Below, one piece after another: positions 25,531-36,675 of a DNA stretch of 51,409 bases; position 1 is the stretch's first letter, and every line of letters starts with the position of its first letter. A program made the position numbers and the translations under genes. The stretch comes from Octopus bimaculoides (lineage: Eukaryota), in the NCBI RefSeq assembly GCF_001194135.2, contig NC_068999.1, forward strand, positions 39,119,877 to 39,171,285. Reading direction: 5' to 3'. The notes beneath the pieces were generated by a model, which saw only the letters and a list, made by a program, of their open reading frames with translations, was not told the origin of the DNA and did no database searches.

Positions 25531-26464
25531 CAAAAATTAAGGTGTTTTAGCTTTAAAGGTGGAAACTGACTTTCATAAACAAAAACAAAAATCTTAATTA
25601 AATAAAACCTCCGAATTTAACAGTCCCGCGATAAGGCATAAAGTTTAATATCAAAGATTAACATTTCAAAAACATTAGACAGTGGTTCGTGTTTCTGTGA
25701 TCGAATAAACTCCATACTCGTCATCACTATCTAAGGAAATTATATTTGACTTTCGTATCAATATATTTCTTTGCAATTTCTCTGATTCAATCGTTATAAT
25801 TAATTCTATCACTAGAATTAATTAGATCATACTGATAAAAAGCTAAACACGGAATCAGTATGCCACTTACATTCATAACAAGCATATAGTAGGTTAAAAA
25901 TTAATCTATAAAACGGTAACATGATAGATAATTGTTTCAGAATTTTATATTACAGCCATTTCTTTCTCTGCATTTCGCTCTGAATGGTGAATCCTCATCG
26001 AATTAACCTTGGTTCATGGGAGGAGATTTTATTGGCTCGGCCTCTGTCCTTGGATTTGAGGGAAATCTCTCATATGGAGCGCAAAAATTAGTTATTAATA
26101 CGCCCTCTTACATATTAAAATTGCTACGTTAGAGATCGGGATAACTGGTCTGAGACTTAAAAGAGAAAATAGGGGAAAGTCATAGAAATTTCTCGATCCG
26201 TGGAGAGATTAAAAATTCTTTTAGATTTATGGTAGCGTTTATATTTACCTGTTTCTAAATCTAGGTTAACGTCCAAGAAGCTGACAGTTATGTTCCTTTT
26301 CAATTGTGATAGATAGCCTTATAGTCTTGAAAAATTCATAGAATCTCATTTTATATATTACTAATTTCTTATTAGAGAGCTATGCAGAGTACAAATCGCA
26401 TCATTCCTGTATAGACATACTCCGAGTTCCAGAAATTCACTAGCTAATTTAACTAACTTATGAT

Positions 26465-26545
26465 TAAATCTGTTCTAGCAGTGAACATCCTCTCTTTTCC
26501 CGTTATACAGTGAAGCTGAGAGAGCATTTTTGTCGCTTTTTAAGT
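26465..26545 (+). mobile_element. hAT transposase C-terminal dimerisation-domain relic
   Basis: SVLAVNILSFPVI(fs)SEAERAFLSL matches LAxxxLSIPxxSxxxERxFS. Confidence 0.45.
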
Positions 26546-27032
26546 CAGTATGTGTAATTTGATGGTGATTTGGCTAGTGTCTATTGCAGTTTTGTCTACT
26601 ATTTAGAGGCTTGCTCATCAGCTTGTCACTTTGTGTGTGCGGTATCACTGTACGCTATGAAAGATTTATATTTCAAAGTAGAAGTGAGAAGTAATAAATA
26701 AATATTAAAGATATGGTTGACAGTTGTGCTAATATGAATGCATTTAACAAACAGCTGCTGGATCACATATTTATGCCTGGATGATGAATCAAGATATGGT
26801 TCAGTGCAGCCTAGAAGTAACAAATAACAAGAGAAATAGGTTTATCCGCTTGACTTTCGCAGGAGCAAATTTGCATTGTACAAGTATGTAGCCTCATTCA
26901 GCAGGGTTCTTCCATTACTATTCTGGAGTAGATGCCTAGATGTATCAAGGCTGGAGACAGATTTGAAAATTCATTAAGCATTTGCTTTAAATATTACACA
27001 GGAGCTTGATTTCCTCATTGGAGGATGTCGCT

Positions 27033-27063
<31 letters not shown>

Positions 27064-27379
27064 GTTATTTATGTACAGAATGAAAGGAAGCGAATTATGG
27101 GGTGGGTGAGTATTTAATTTCATACGAAATACAGTAAAAATAGAGCTGAATATTAGCAGTTTCTCACTTATATATCGCTATCAGTACAGTTTTGTATTTA
27201 AAGTAGAAATCTCGATTTTACTACATTAATATAACGTGATAGTTTGCAGTTGTTTACATCAAGGAGCCAAGCGAAAAAGCGTTCCATACATAGCCGTATC
27301 TAGTGTGTGTCCCTCCCTCACTCGTTCTTATAAATGATGAGAGTGTGATTTCAAGAAAGTTTCTTTGCTACAGTTAGAA

Positions 27380-28240
27380 GGCTGCTCCACAGAATAATGG
27401 TTGCACCGTGCGTGTGAAGAAAAGTTCCCAGCTAAGAAAGAGGGTAAACGATTTAGTCCTATGTGGCATCCTTTTATCGTGTGATAGTGAATGGTATACG
27501 AATGGTGTGATGGTGTAGAGGTTCCGGGCAATTTGTGAAGCTTTGCGGTGTTAAGACGGTGTGGATATGAGGTGCAATGGTGGCGATTAGATTGAACAAG
27601 CATGGTGGTACAATATAACATGGAGTGGTTTATTAGCATTGAGGCTTGGTGGTAGGGAGCGATCGTCTATGGTGACGTTATTGCGTGGTGGCCTCATGGC
27701 ATCCTAAGTTCAGATGGTGATTTGTTTTGTAGTATGGTATAGTATGTGTATCGTGATGTGGTTAGATAAATCTGGTGGTGAGGGAGTGCCGAAGAAAGTT
27801 TGATGTGAAGAAGCAGTGTGACATGGTGGCGTGAGGAAATCTGCTAAGTAAGTGGTGCGGCATGGTAATGGAGTGCTATTGCAGTATGTCATTATTGTGA
27901 TGGGGGTTTAGTTGTCTGGTACTTCGAGAGTGGCGTGGTGAGATGGTGAGTTTAGTGGTATGAGTATGGTGTAGAGTGGTAATGTATGGGATGTGGTGGT
28001 GGTGGTGTGTTGATATTAAAGTGTGATATGAATTAATTCGTGGCTGTATGGTGTTGGATTCTAGTAATGCGACAGTATAGGATGATGTAGCACTCAAACG
28101 TGCAGTTATGTGTTGGTGAGGCAGTTTAGTGATATGGCTGGGTAGCGGCGTAGTATATGCTGCACTGTGTGGTGTGGTAGAGTTGTGGAGGTGACCTAAT
28201 AGTGAGTGGGGGCGGAGTTCAGCCATCGTAGATACCATCT
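27380..28240. repeat. G/T-skewed cryptically simple tract
   Basis: Repeated gtggtg/atggtg/gtatgg words and strong C depletion on the + strand. It produces the His/Thr-rich minus-strand ORFs. Confidence 0.6.
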
Positions 28241-28735
28241 TAATTAATATAGTGCAGTGAAAATTGATTGATTAAAGGTTGGTTTAACGTTCTATAATTT
28301 CTGTTTTCCCTTTCACTTTTGGAAATTAAAAACATATTAGTATAGATCTGATGAAATAGATGAATTGAACATATCGCATAATTACTAGCCGTGGCCCTTT
28401 TTTCTCTCCCTCCATTTTGTTATTCTGTGTTGAGAGAGAAATGTGCGTGGGAAAGAAAGATAATACGAGAAAGACACAGAGAGTAGAGGGGACGCGTATG
28501 GAAGATTGATGAGATGTGGAAGGGAAGATAACCAATAATGAAAAATTAGGAACAACAGAATAGAATGAATATTTTATTTGCCTTTATACTTTTTCCAATT
28601 TTATCCTGTTGGTGAGAGTATTTAGATTGAAACATGAAAGACAGATAAAAAGGGAGTTAGAGGAGGAGTATTAGAGAGACAGATACAGTAAGATCGAATA
28701 AGAAGGGTAGAAATTGAAATATGTATGTATATACA

Positions 28736-28776
<41 letters not shown>

Positions 28777-29635
28777 TTTATATATGCATGTATATCTGTA
28801 TGTATGCATATATACCTATATATTACACGTGTATATATATACATATATATATGCATGTGAATATATATCCGTATGCTAGCATATACATGTGTATGGAGAA
28901 GGGGAGAAACAGTGAAATATAGAAAGTTGGAGGGATGAGGAACAGGAATAGATAATATAGCATGAAATAAAACTAGTAAAATAAGATTTAATCAATTCTA
29001 GTTTCGATTTCCAAACATAATTGAAATTTTTCATATTGTTAACTACATACTTCTGCTGCTACTACTACTACTATAATTTTCATTAATATTAATAAGTACA
29101 ATATATGATCTTTCATGATATTTTATTTTTTGTTTCGTTTTTTGCTTCCAACACCACTAACGTTCTTTTGCTTCTCCTACTCCTTATCATCAGGATAATC
29201 ATCGCTCTTCATTATCAATATTTATGTCGTCATAGTCGCCGTAGTAACCATCATCCTTTTCATCGTCAACAGCTTCATCAATATCTCCCATTAACGCTAT
29301 CATAAACATTTTCAATTATAGTATTATAGTCGCCTTCTCTCTCCCTCTCCTATATATATGTGTGTGTGTGTGTGATACATATATACACAAATTCATGTAT
29401 ATATATTTTGAGAGAGAGAGAGATTTCACTTCCGTACTTTTATCAAAATGCATTTCTTTGTATGTTCAATACTTCAGTTCCTATGAAGCTTTTTCTTTTT
29501 AACGTGTTTTTATTTTGCTGACTGTTGTGGAATCGCTGATAGAAAGGAATCCACGGTCAGTGGTAGTTGAAACAAGAACTACGTCCTTAGAAGCGTAATT
29601 TCCAAAATAAACAAATTGAAATTGAAATAATAATA

Positions 29636-30068
29636 GTCAGAGATCATGAAGGAAAAAATGAATGATATCTAATCGATGTATCAATACCAACAGATGACTA
29701 CGTTTCTCTAAAAGAAATGGTGAAATTTTCAAAATACAAAGACTTGGAAATAGAGGTAACTCGAATGTGGGTCTAAAAACAGAAACAATTCCAATCATAA
29801 TAGGTACATTAGGTATGATAAAAAATATTCAGACAAATACATAACGAAAACACCAGGACTTACAAATATATATAACATACAGAAAATAGGAAAACTAGTC
29901 ACCGCACATATCCTACGCAAAACACTTTCAATATAGTAACTATAAGAGCATCACAAGAAACTACAGCACATACCCAAGGCACACAGAGCTGCTCTCGGTA
30001 ATGCAGTTAAAACACGTTATAAAAATAAGACTACTGAATAATAATGATGATGATAATAATAATAATAA
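29636..30068 (+). mobile_element. 5'-truncated R4/Dong-type LINE: RLE nuclease C-terminus, 3' UTR and (AAT)n tail
   Basis: VRDHEGK..LIDVSIPTDDYVSLKEMVKFSKYKDLEIEVTRMW..KTETIPIIIGTLGMI...TAHILRKTLSI*. The tail is at 30037-30068. Confidence 0.9.
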
Positions 30069-30475
30069 AAGCACTGACTTGCCACAGTGTAGGATCTGCT
30101 TTCAGAAGTGTGAAAGTATTAGCCATATTGTTAGTGAGTGCTGTAAGCTCGCACAACGCGAATACAAAAGAAGACACGACAATGTGGACAGATATATCCA
30201 CTGGCAGTTGTGCAGTAAAGCAAACCTCGAGAGAGAGCCGAAAAGTGGTATGAACACATACCAGAGGGAATAATGAAAAACAAACATTACAAAATACAGT
30301 GGGATTTTAACATGCAGTGCGACCAAGTCATAGGGGCGAGACGACCATATGTCATTATCATCCATAAAGATGAAAATGAAGCATAGATGATAGATGTTGA
30401 AATACCAGGCGATTCGAGCGTGAAATGTCAGGAAACAGAAAACATTCAGAAATACCAACCACTGAGGAAAGTATC
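30069..30475 (+). mobile_element. Second, different R4/Dong-type relic: CCHC knuckle plus RLE start
   Basis: CRICFQKCESISHIVSEC..LAQREYKRRHDNVDRYIHWQLC..KWYEH.PE..KIQWDFNMQCD..I.ARRP..MIDVEIPGD..KYQPL. Confidence 0.9.
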
Positions 30476-30738
30476 AGACTATCATTTCGTTCAGTGTGAG
30501 AACGAATACCCCATCATGCGTGCGTGTGTGTATGTAGGGCTATTCACACATATGGTAGTACGAATGGATTCAATTTTCTACTCTGTTGAAGATAGTGTTC
30601 ATTCATAGGTTTTGACCAGTGCAGAATGATAATAAAGATGAATACTGAACCACTTTATGTTGTTAATATAAGTTAAACGATGGATAATCTATGTTTTGAT
30701 TGATTTCTTATTCTTTAATTCCTTTTTCTCTTCCACAG

Positions 30739-30786
30739 AAATATTCGTAATGGGAGGCAGTTCAACTGAAAATGTGCTGGAATATT
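30739..30786 (+). CDS. Possible 48-nt symmetric (phase 1-1) micro-exon (IFVMGGSSTENVLEY)
   Basis: Acceptor tttttctcttccacag|, donor ATT|gtgaat and an open frame. No flanking exons established. Confidence 0.25.
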
Positions 30787-31399
30787 GTGAATTTTGTTTT
30801 ATTCAATTTACTTTTCCTTCTTTTCATGTATACCAAATTCTAATTCTATGTATTGAAAAAAAATAAAGTTTAATAATTAACGTTATTTTTGTTTATTTCC
30901 TATTAATATTGAATGTATTTATTATAAAAGAAATAGAGAAAGATCACAGGTTTGTTGCTGAAAATTATAGTTAAATAAATCAGTACAAATTATAATTACA
31001 GACTGGGTAAATATTTGACTCAAATTCGGCAGAATGAATGACAGGATGCAACTCCCATTTCATCTTTTGCCTTACCTTCAGGAAGATTGATAAGCACCAA
31101 CAAAAAGATCTTATTGATTCAATCTCTAAAATACCATTTACTGCTTGCCTATGGCCAAAACAAAATCCATCGCTTAAATAGGCAAGTTGAAACTTCAATC
31201 AATTAAACGTTTAAAAAGACTTTCCCAAATCTGATGATGTGTATTAAGACGAAACTGTAAATTCCGAAGTAGTTAATGATTATATTTGTTCTTTGGTAAG
31301 TTAATTGAAATAGTTCACAAAATGAGAGTTAATTCTAAGTTCATCGTTTATAATTTTTTCTTTTGTTTATCGTTTTCACCATCGGTGATTGCAGAAAAT

Positions 31400-32250
31400 G
31401 ACATTTCTGATTACAGAGCTTTTCAACAGTGAACGATGCCTTTTGGAAATCAGAGAATCGCAAAAGCTTTTGCAAACATTTTACATTCCGTCAACCATTG
31501 CAAGCAAGGAACCTATAAACGTGAAGAGTGTGTAGAATCGTGTATACAAAGACTTCGTAATAGGAAAATTAAGGGTAAGGGAACACTAAATACTGAATGT
31601 TGAGTATCAAGATATATTTGATTAGGCTGAGAAGTCAAATGTCTTTGAAGTCGGAATTTCACGTCAAGCAAAACGGAAACAGTAAGAGTATGAACAGTTA
31701 AAAGGAATTGATGAGGAACCGAGAAGTTAAAAAATGGAAGATCTTCATTGGACCAATGTCTGTAACTAGGAATTGAGCAGAGTCTATAGATTCCGTTCAT
31801 CGAACATTTACAAAACAAGAATCTCTCATTTATTTGCCTTGTTTATCATAGTATATTATAAGTAAGTATTAACGACATTGTCTTCACCATTTTTCTTAGA
31901 TCTTTTGGTGGGGTATAATGTGTTGTTTCAAGTTGGTACAAACGCATCTTCCTCTATAATTTGGAATTATACTGTTTTATTTGAAACTTCATCGGATCTC
32001 TAAACTTTAATTATAGTTATTTGAAGTTTATCTCTACTGTTGAATTTCAAAAAAATCGTTGGTTTGAGATTTGGTCTTTCATAAATTCCTCGCCATTCGA
32101 ATAATTTCAATCCACTTTGCATCGAGCAAAATTACTTCTTATCCTCCTCTCAAAGCGAGTTCTTGAAAAATTTTAATACCTTTACTCAATTTGCCCATGC
32201 TTGAAGGAGAAAAATTGTCCACTTTAAAGAAAGAGAATTGCCTGCATTTG
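31400..32250 (-). mobile_element. Penelope-like element reverse transcriptase relic
   Basis: In order: FSFFKVDNFSPS (FDxxxFYPS), IEIIRMAR, TNDFFEI (LFDITM), YRxDAF (YRDD), PKDLRKMVK, LLDVKFRL..QPNQIYL (FLDVTFxL..KPN..YI) and EKAL*S (ALxxSG). Confidence 0.6.
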
Positions 32251-32469
32251 TTTAATTTTATTATTATTATTATGTGAATCATTTTCCTCATATCAAGAGA
32301 GCTACCAGCTAGNNNNNNNNNNNNNNNNNNNNNNNNNNNNNNNNNNNNNNNNNNNNNNNNNNNNNNNNNNNNNNNNNNNNNNNNNNNNNNNNNNNNNNNN
32401 NNNNNNNNNNNNTATATATATTTATATATATATTTATTTTTATATATATATTTATATATATACATTTTT

Positions 32470-33900
32470 TTTTATTAATTTATTTTTTTTTTATTATAGT
32501 TTCAGCTTAGAGCTGCGGCCATGCTGATGCACCGCCGTGTTGCTACACTGTTATTACAGGGAGCCTCTAACAATTTGTGGCATTTGGTGAAGAATGGAGT
32601 ATGATTTAGCAACCCTCATTTGCACCTCCTGCCGCGAGGTAGGTTCATCTGGGACTCTCGACAGGAAGAGGTCCAGTTTTGATTTTAAAACTCCTACATC
32701 TACCTTGTGCATGTTCCTCAGGCTCTTTGGGAGAACATTATAAAGCTGTGGGCCCCTGAAACACAAACTGTTGCAGTAACTGTTCCTGAAGCGCGATGGC
32801 ATTGCTGGGATCTTTGGCACTATGCAGTGTCGTCCCGTTCTGGCATTGGTGTAGCTTTCAATGTCAAAATTCGGCACAATTCCTTCCAGGATCTTCCAGA
32901 TGTATATTACTGCATACCTCTCCCGCCTTCTCTCCAGGGAGTAGAGTCTTAGCTGTTTCAGCCTTTCCCAGTAGCTGAGCAGTTGCAAAGAGACAATCTT
33001 CTTTGTGAATCTTCTCTGGATTGCTTCAAGGTCTGCTGTTAATTTCAGACTGGTGGGTGACCACAGCTGTGAGCAGTAATCCAGGCGGCTGAGGACGAAT
33101 GTCCTCCAGAGGATCATCATGGTTTTCTTATCTCTGCTTCTGAATGTTCTCAGGATCCATCCAGCCAAAATCGTCTGCACTTTGTTGCCATCCTGGTAAT
33201 GTGCACTTGGAAAGAGGCATCATCACTCATGTCGATACCCAGGTCTCTCACTGATTTAGGCTCTGGGATTGAAATTCCCTGCGGACCAGTGTACTCTGTA
33301 AGTTTCATATTCAGTTTTGGGCGTTGGTACTGCAGGGCTTGGAATTTTTCAGCATTAAACTGCATATTATTATCCTCAGCCCATCTGTAAACCGAGTCCA
33401 ACTCCTGCTGCATGTGTCCAACATCACTGGAGTTCTGTATTTTCTGCGAGACTTTGGTATCGTCTGCGTAGCTTGCAAGAGTTGCCATCTGGGAACTTGA
33501 GGGCATATCTGAGAGAGCGACTACAAAAAGCAATGGACCCAAGACAGTGCCCTGTGGAACACCGCTCATTATTTGTGTTTTCATAGAGGTGGCTCCAGTA
33601 ACCACTACTGCCTGACTTTTATCTTTCAGAAAGTCATGTAACCACTCTCCAAGTTTTCCAGCTATGCCAAGATCACGCAGTTTGTGGCATATCACACCAT
33701 GATCTTCTTCGTCAAAAGCTTTGGAAAATCAAGGTATATTACGTCTACATTTGAGTTGTTGAGTAACTGCCTCAACACCCAGTCATAATGTTGTAAGAGC
33801 TGGGTCAGGCAGTTCCTACCTGGTCGAAAGCCATATTGGGTATCACTCAGCAATTTATTTTCTTCAAGGAATGCGATTAGTTTTCCTCTGACTATCCTTT
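32470..33900 (-). mobile_element. 5'-truncated CR1-clade LINE (RT domain to C-terminus, 3' UTR, A-rich tail)
   Basis: QYGFRPGR..YLDF.KAFD..DHG, SGVPQGTVLGPLLF, YADDTK, FNAEK, LDYCSQLWSP, YSLERRRERY. Frameshifts at ~33720 and ~33175, stop at 32554, tail at 32470-32498. Confidence 0.95.
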
Positions 33901-34508
33901 CCGTACAACATCACTGGAGTTCTGTATTTTCCGTGGTGTTTCAATCTTTTTATGTTCCACCATTATTTTTTTGACCCATGTCTCTCTCTCTCTCTCTGTC
34001 ATATATATAAATATATGATCGACTCTCCCATCGAAGACGACGTGCGGGTGTTCAGCATTTTGCCGAACGACCTGCATAAATGATTTGTTTATATTTTGAT
34101 CAAATGCTCGTGCTGTACATTAGCTCACATCAAATCGACGTTGTCTGAACATGTGCTCAGGCGAACCTCGCGTCATGTTTCAATGTGATAACATGAAGGA
34201 CAACAAAAGCCGGAAATTGGTGATTTAAATAAGATTCAAAAGGCATTGTGTCATCCCGTAAATAATGCCGTTTTTTATACTTTTGGTTTTCAAAATTAAG
34301 ATAAACAGAGATATCTTTAATCCAATATATACGCTCCTTCATTTTCTACAATGCTCTTCCATCTATCTGGTAGACTTGTAAGGTCCCTATTCCAAAATAC
34401 ACTTGTCCGTGACAAAAAATACTCCTCAAGTACTGTTCTGACCTCATATACCGAATTCATATTTTTCTGTCCAAATGATTTTGAAAACTGCAGAATAAAT
34501 AAGATGGG

Positions 34509-35120
34509 GGCAAATATACTTCACGATTCTGTGCTGCTACTGTTTCCTTCTCGCTCAGAGATTTAATATTGCCTGTTTGTTTGTTTGTTTTTTTTTTTTT
34601 TCGAGATCAGCGATAGTTTGTCACTGGAAAAGGCATATAGTATTTTGCATTTGGAATAAGTTCTCATCGCTAGCTAGTGATTATCACACATTGATTACGG
34701 GCGTGTATTTGTGGCAAGAAATTTGCTTACCAGTCAATGGTTCTAGATTCAGTCCCATTGCATGGCACATTGGACAAGTGTCTTCTACTGCAGTCTCGCG
34801 CACGCCATAGACTTGTGAATGGATTTCGTAGACGGAGACTAAAATAGGCCCGTCGTATGTGCGTGTGTATTTGTGTGTTTGAGTCTGCTTTTGTCCACCA
34901 CACGGATGTGTGTGTATCCCGTAAGGTTAGAGATGGGAACGATGATCCTTCGCAGATAATAATCTGACACAGGCAGTGTGTCGTTAGCGAGCTGGAGATG
35001 TCCTCCTGAGGTTAAAAACAATAGTAGCATCGTCCTCTATGGGTCCGCTACATTTAGGTGGCAAATATACTTTACGATTTACTGGTAGTGTTTACTTCTC
35101 GCTCAGAGATTTAATATTGC
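34509..35120 (+). repeat. Imperfect ~62-nt direct repeat (34509-34572 and 35060-35120)
   Basis: Both copies read ggcaaatatactt(c/t)acgatt...tgttt(c/a)cttctcgctcagagatttaatattgc. Confidence 0.85.
34699..34940 (+). mobile_element. tRNA-derived SINE (second family), 5' portion
   Basis: gtggcaagaaatttgcttacc..ggttctagattcagtcccattgc (A-box and B-box-like head) followed by ttgtgaatggatttcgtagacggagactaaa and a TG-rich middle. Confidence 0.75.
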
Positions 35121-35818
35121 TATGTGTGTGTATTCGACGTTGCTTTTATGATGTGCAATATGGGTGACTATATTTTCCGTAGTGTGAAGAATAAGAATGT
35201 AAAGTAGAAAGGCAAAAATAACAAAGACCAGGTACATTGATGGCGAGCTGAGAATGGAAGTCAGTTGCCGAGCAGGTGCGCACGCCATAGGTTACAAGTG
35301 AGAAATGTGTATAACTGAAGTAAGGTGAAATCCGAAATTGCTCTATGTGAGCTATAGCATCATATTTATACTAGCAATTACCGTGGCACTTGGATACGTC
35401 ACCAAGTTTATGAATTTGGACTTCACTTTACCAGAAAGGATATGGTTAAGTACAAATATGCATAGAGGCATGCACATGAATATACACACTCCTATGGATA
35501 CATGGCTACAAGAAACTTTTGTCTAAATTCCAATGAAAGGGCAATGTTCTGGAGTAGAGACCGAGTCGTTGTAAGTGAAGAATTCTAAAAATAAAAAGCA
35601 GAATATGTATCCATACATACAGACGTACATATATACATACATACGTATATATCAAAAGCATAGCTTAGTTATAATCACGTCTGCATCTATTTAATCTATG
35701 TTTCCATCAGAATTTAAATTCTCATCTCCAACTTCCGCAAATATAAAATTTCCTACTAATTTCTTAGGTTGGTGACTTATCAAGTCATTTCCGGTAAATG
35801 CACGTAATGAAAAGATAT

Positions 35819-35860
<42 letters not shown>

Positions 35861-36296
35861 CTTGAAATACACAAGATTCATCTGTACTTTCTATGACACT
35901 CTGGACATAGGCAATAGAGAATGACTATTTAAGAGGTTACATAATACTAAGTTTTGTTTCTAATGGGGAGATAATGTTAAGAGGAGAGCCTCTAAAGAAC
36001 AACGATTTAGTTCAAGTAACTGTATCGAAAGAAACTGACTCAGCTAAATTGGTACTTGAGGAAGCGTACAATAAGGCAGAAAAAAGTTCACAATTTCAAA
36101 ACTGAAGAACTCAACAATCTTAGCAATGAAGATAAACATGCTGCCAACACTGATAAAAGTTACCAACAAAATGAGTAAAATGAAGGGCAGTACTCGGGAC
36201 CGACATCTAGATACAGGGTCTTAAGCATTTCATATTGTTTCATCGTAAAACTAATCTAGGCAATACCAACTTTGACGACGATGAGTTCATCAATCA

Positions 36297-36339
<43 letters not shown>

Positions 36340-36662
36340 CACATACACCCACGCTCACATATACATATGGTGGGTGGATGATTGTGTGTGTATATATATA
36401 TAAATATATACCTTCACACATGTACACGTGTCTGTGCACGTATGCATTAGTGAGAGGGAAAAGACGGGATAGAGAGAGGGAATAAAGAGTATGAAACAGC
36501 ATTAAATAAATACAGGAAGACACCCACCAACAGACATATGTAGACAACTTTTATTTGCAATTTTCTGTTCGTTTGCTTCCTACGTCAAACTCTTGTGATG
36601 TCATGACAAATCATGACATGAAATAATAAATTATTGCTAAACTGTTGCTCCAAAATTCCAGG

Positions 36663-36675
36663 GTTGCTTGGCAAC
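36663..36675. promoter_or_regulatory. Candidate RFX X-box (GTTGCTTGGCAAC)
   Basis: Near-palindromic 13-bp match to GTTGCY-N-RGCAAC in apparently non-repetitive sequence. A CRE-like TGATGTCA lies at 36596-36603. Confidence 0.35.
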
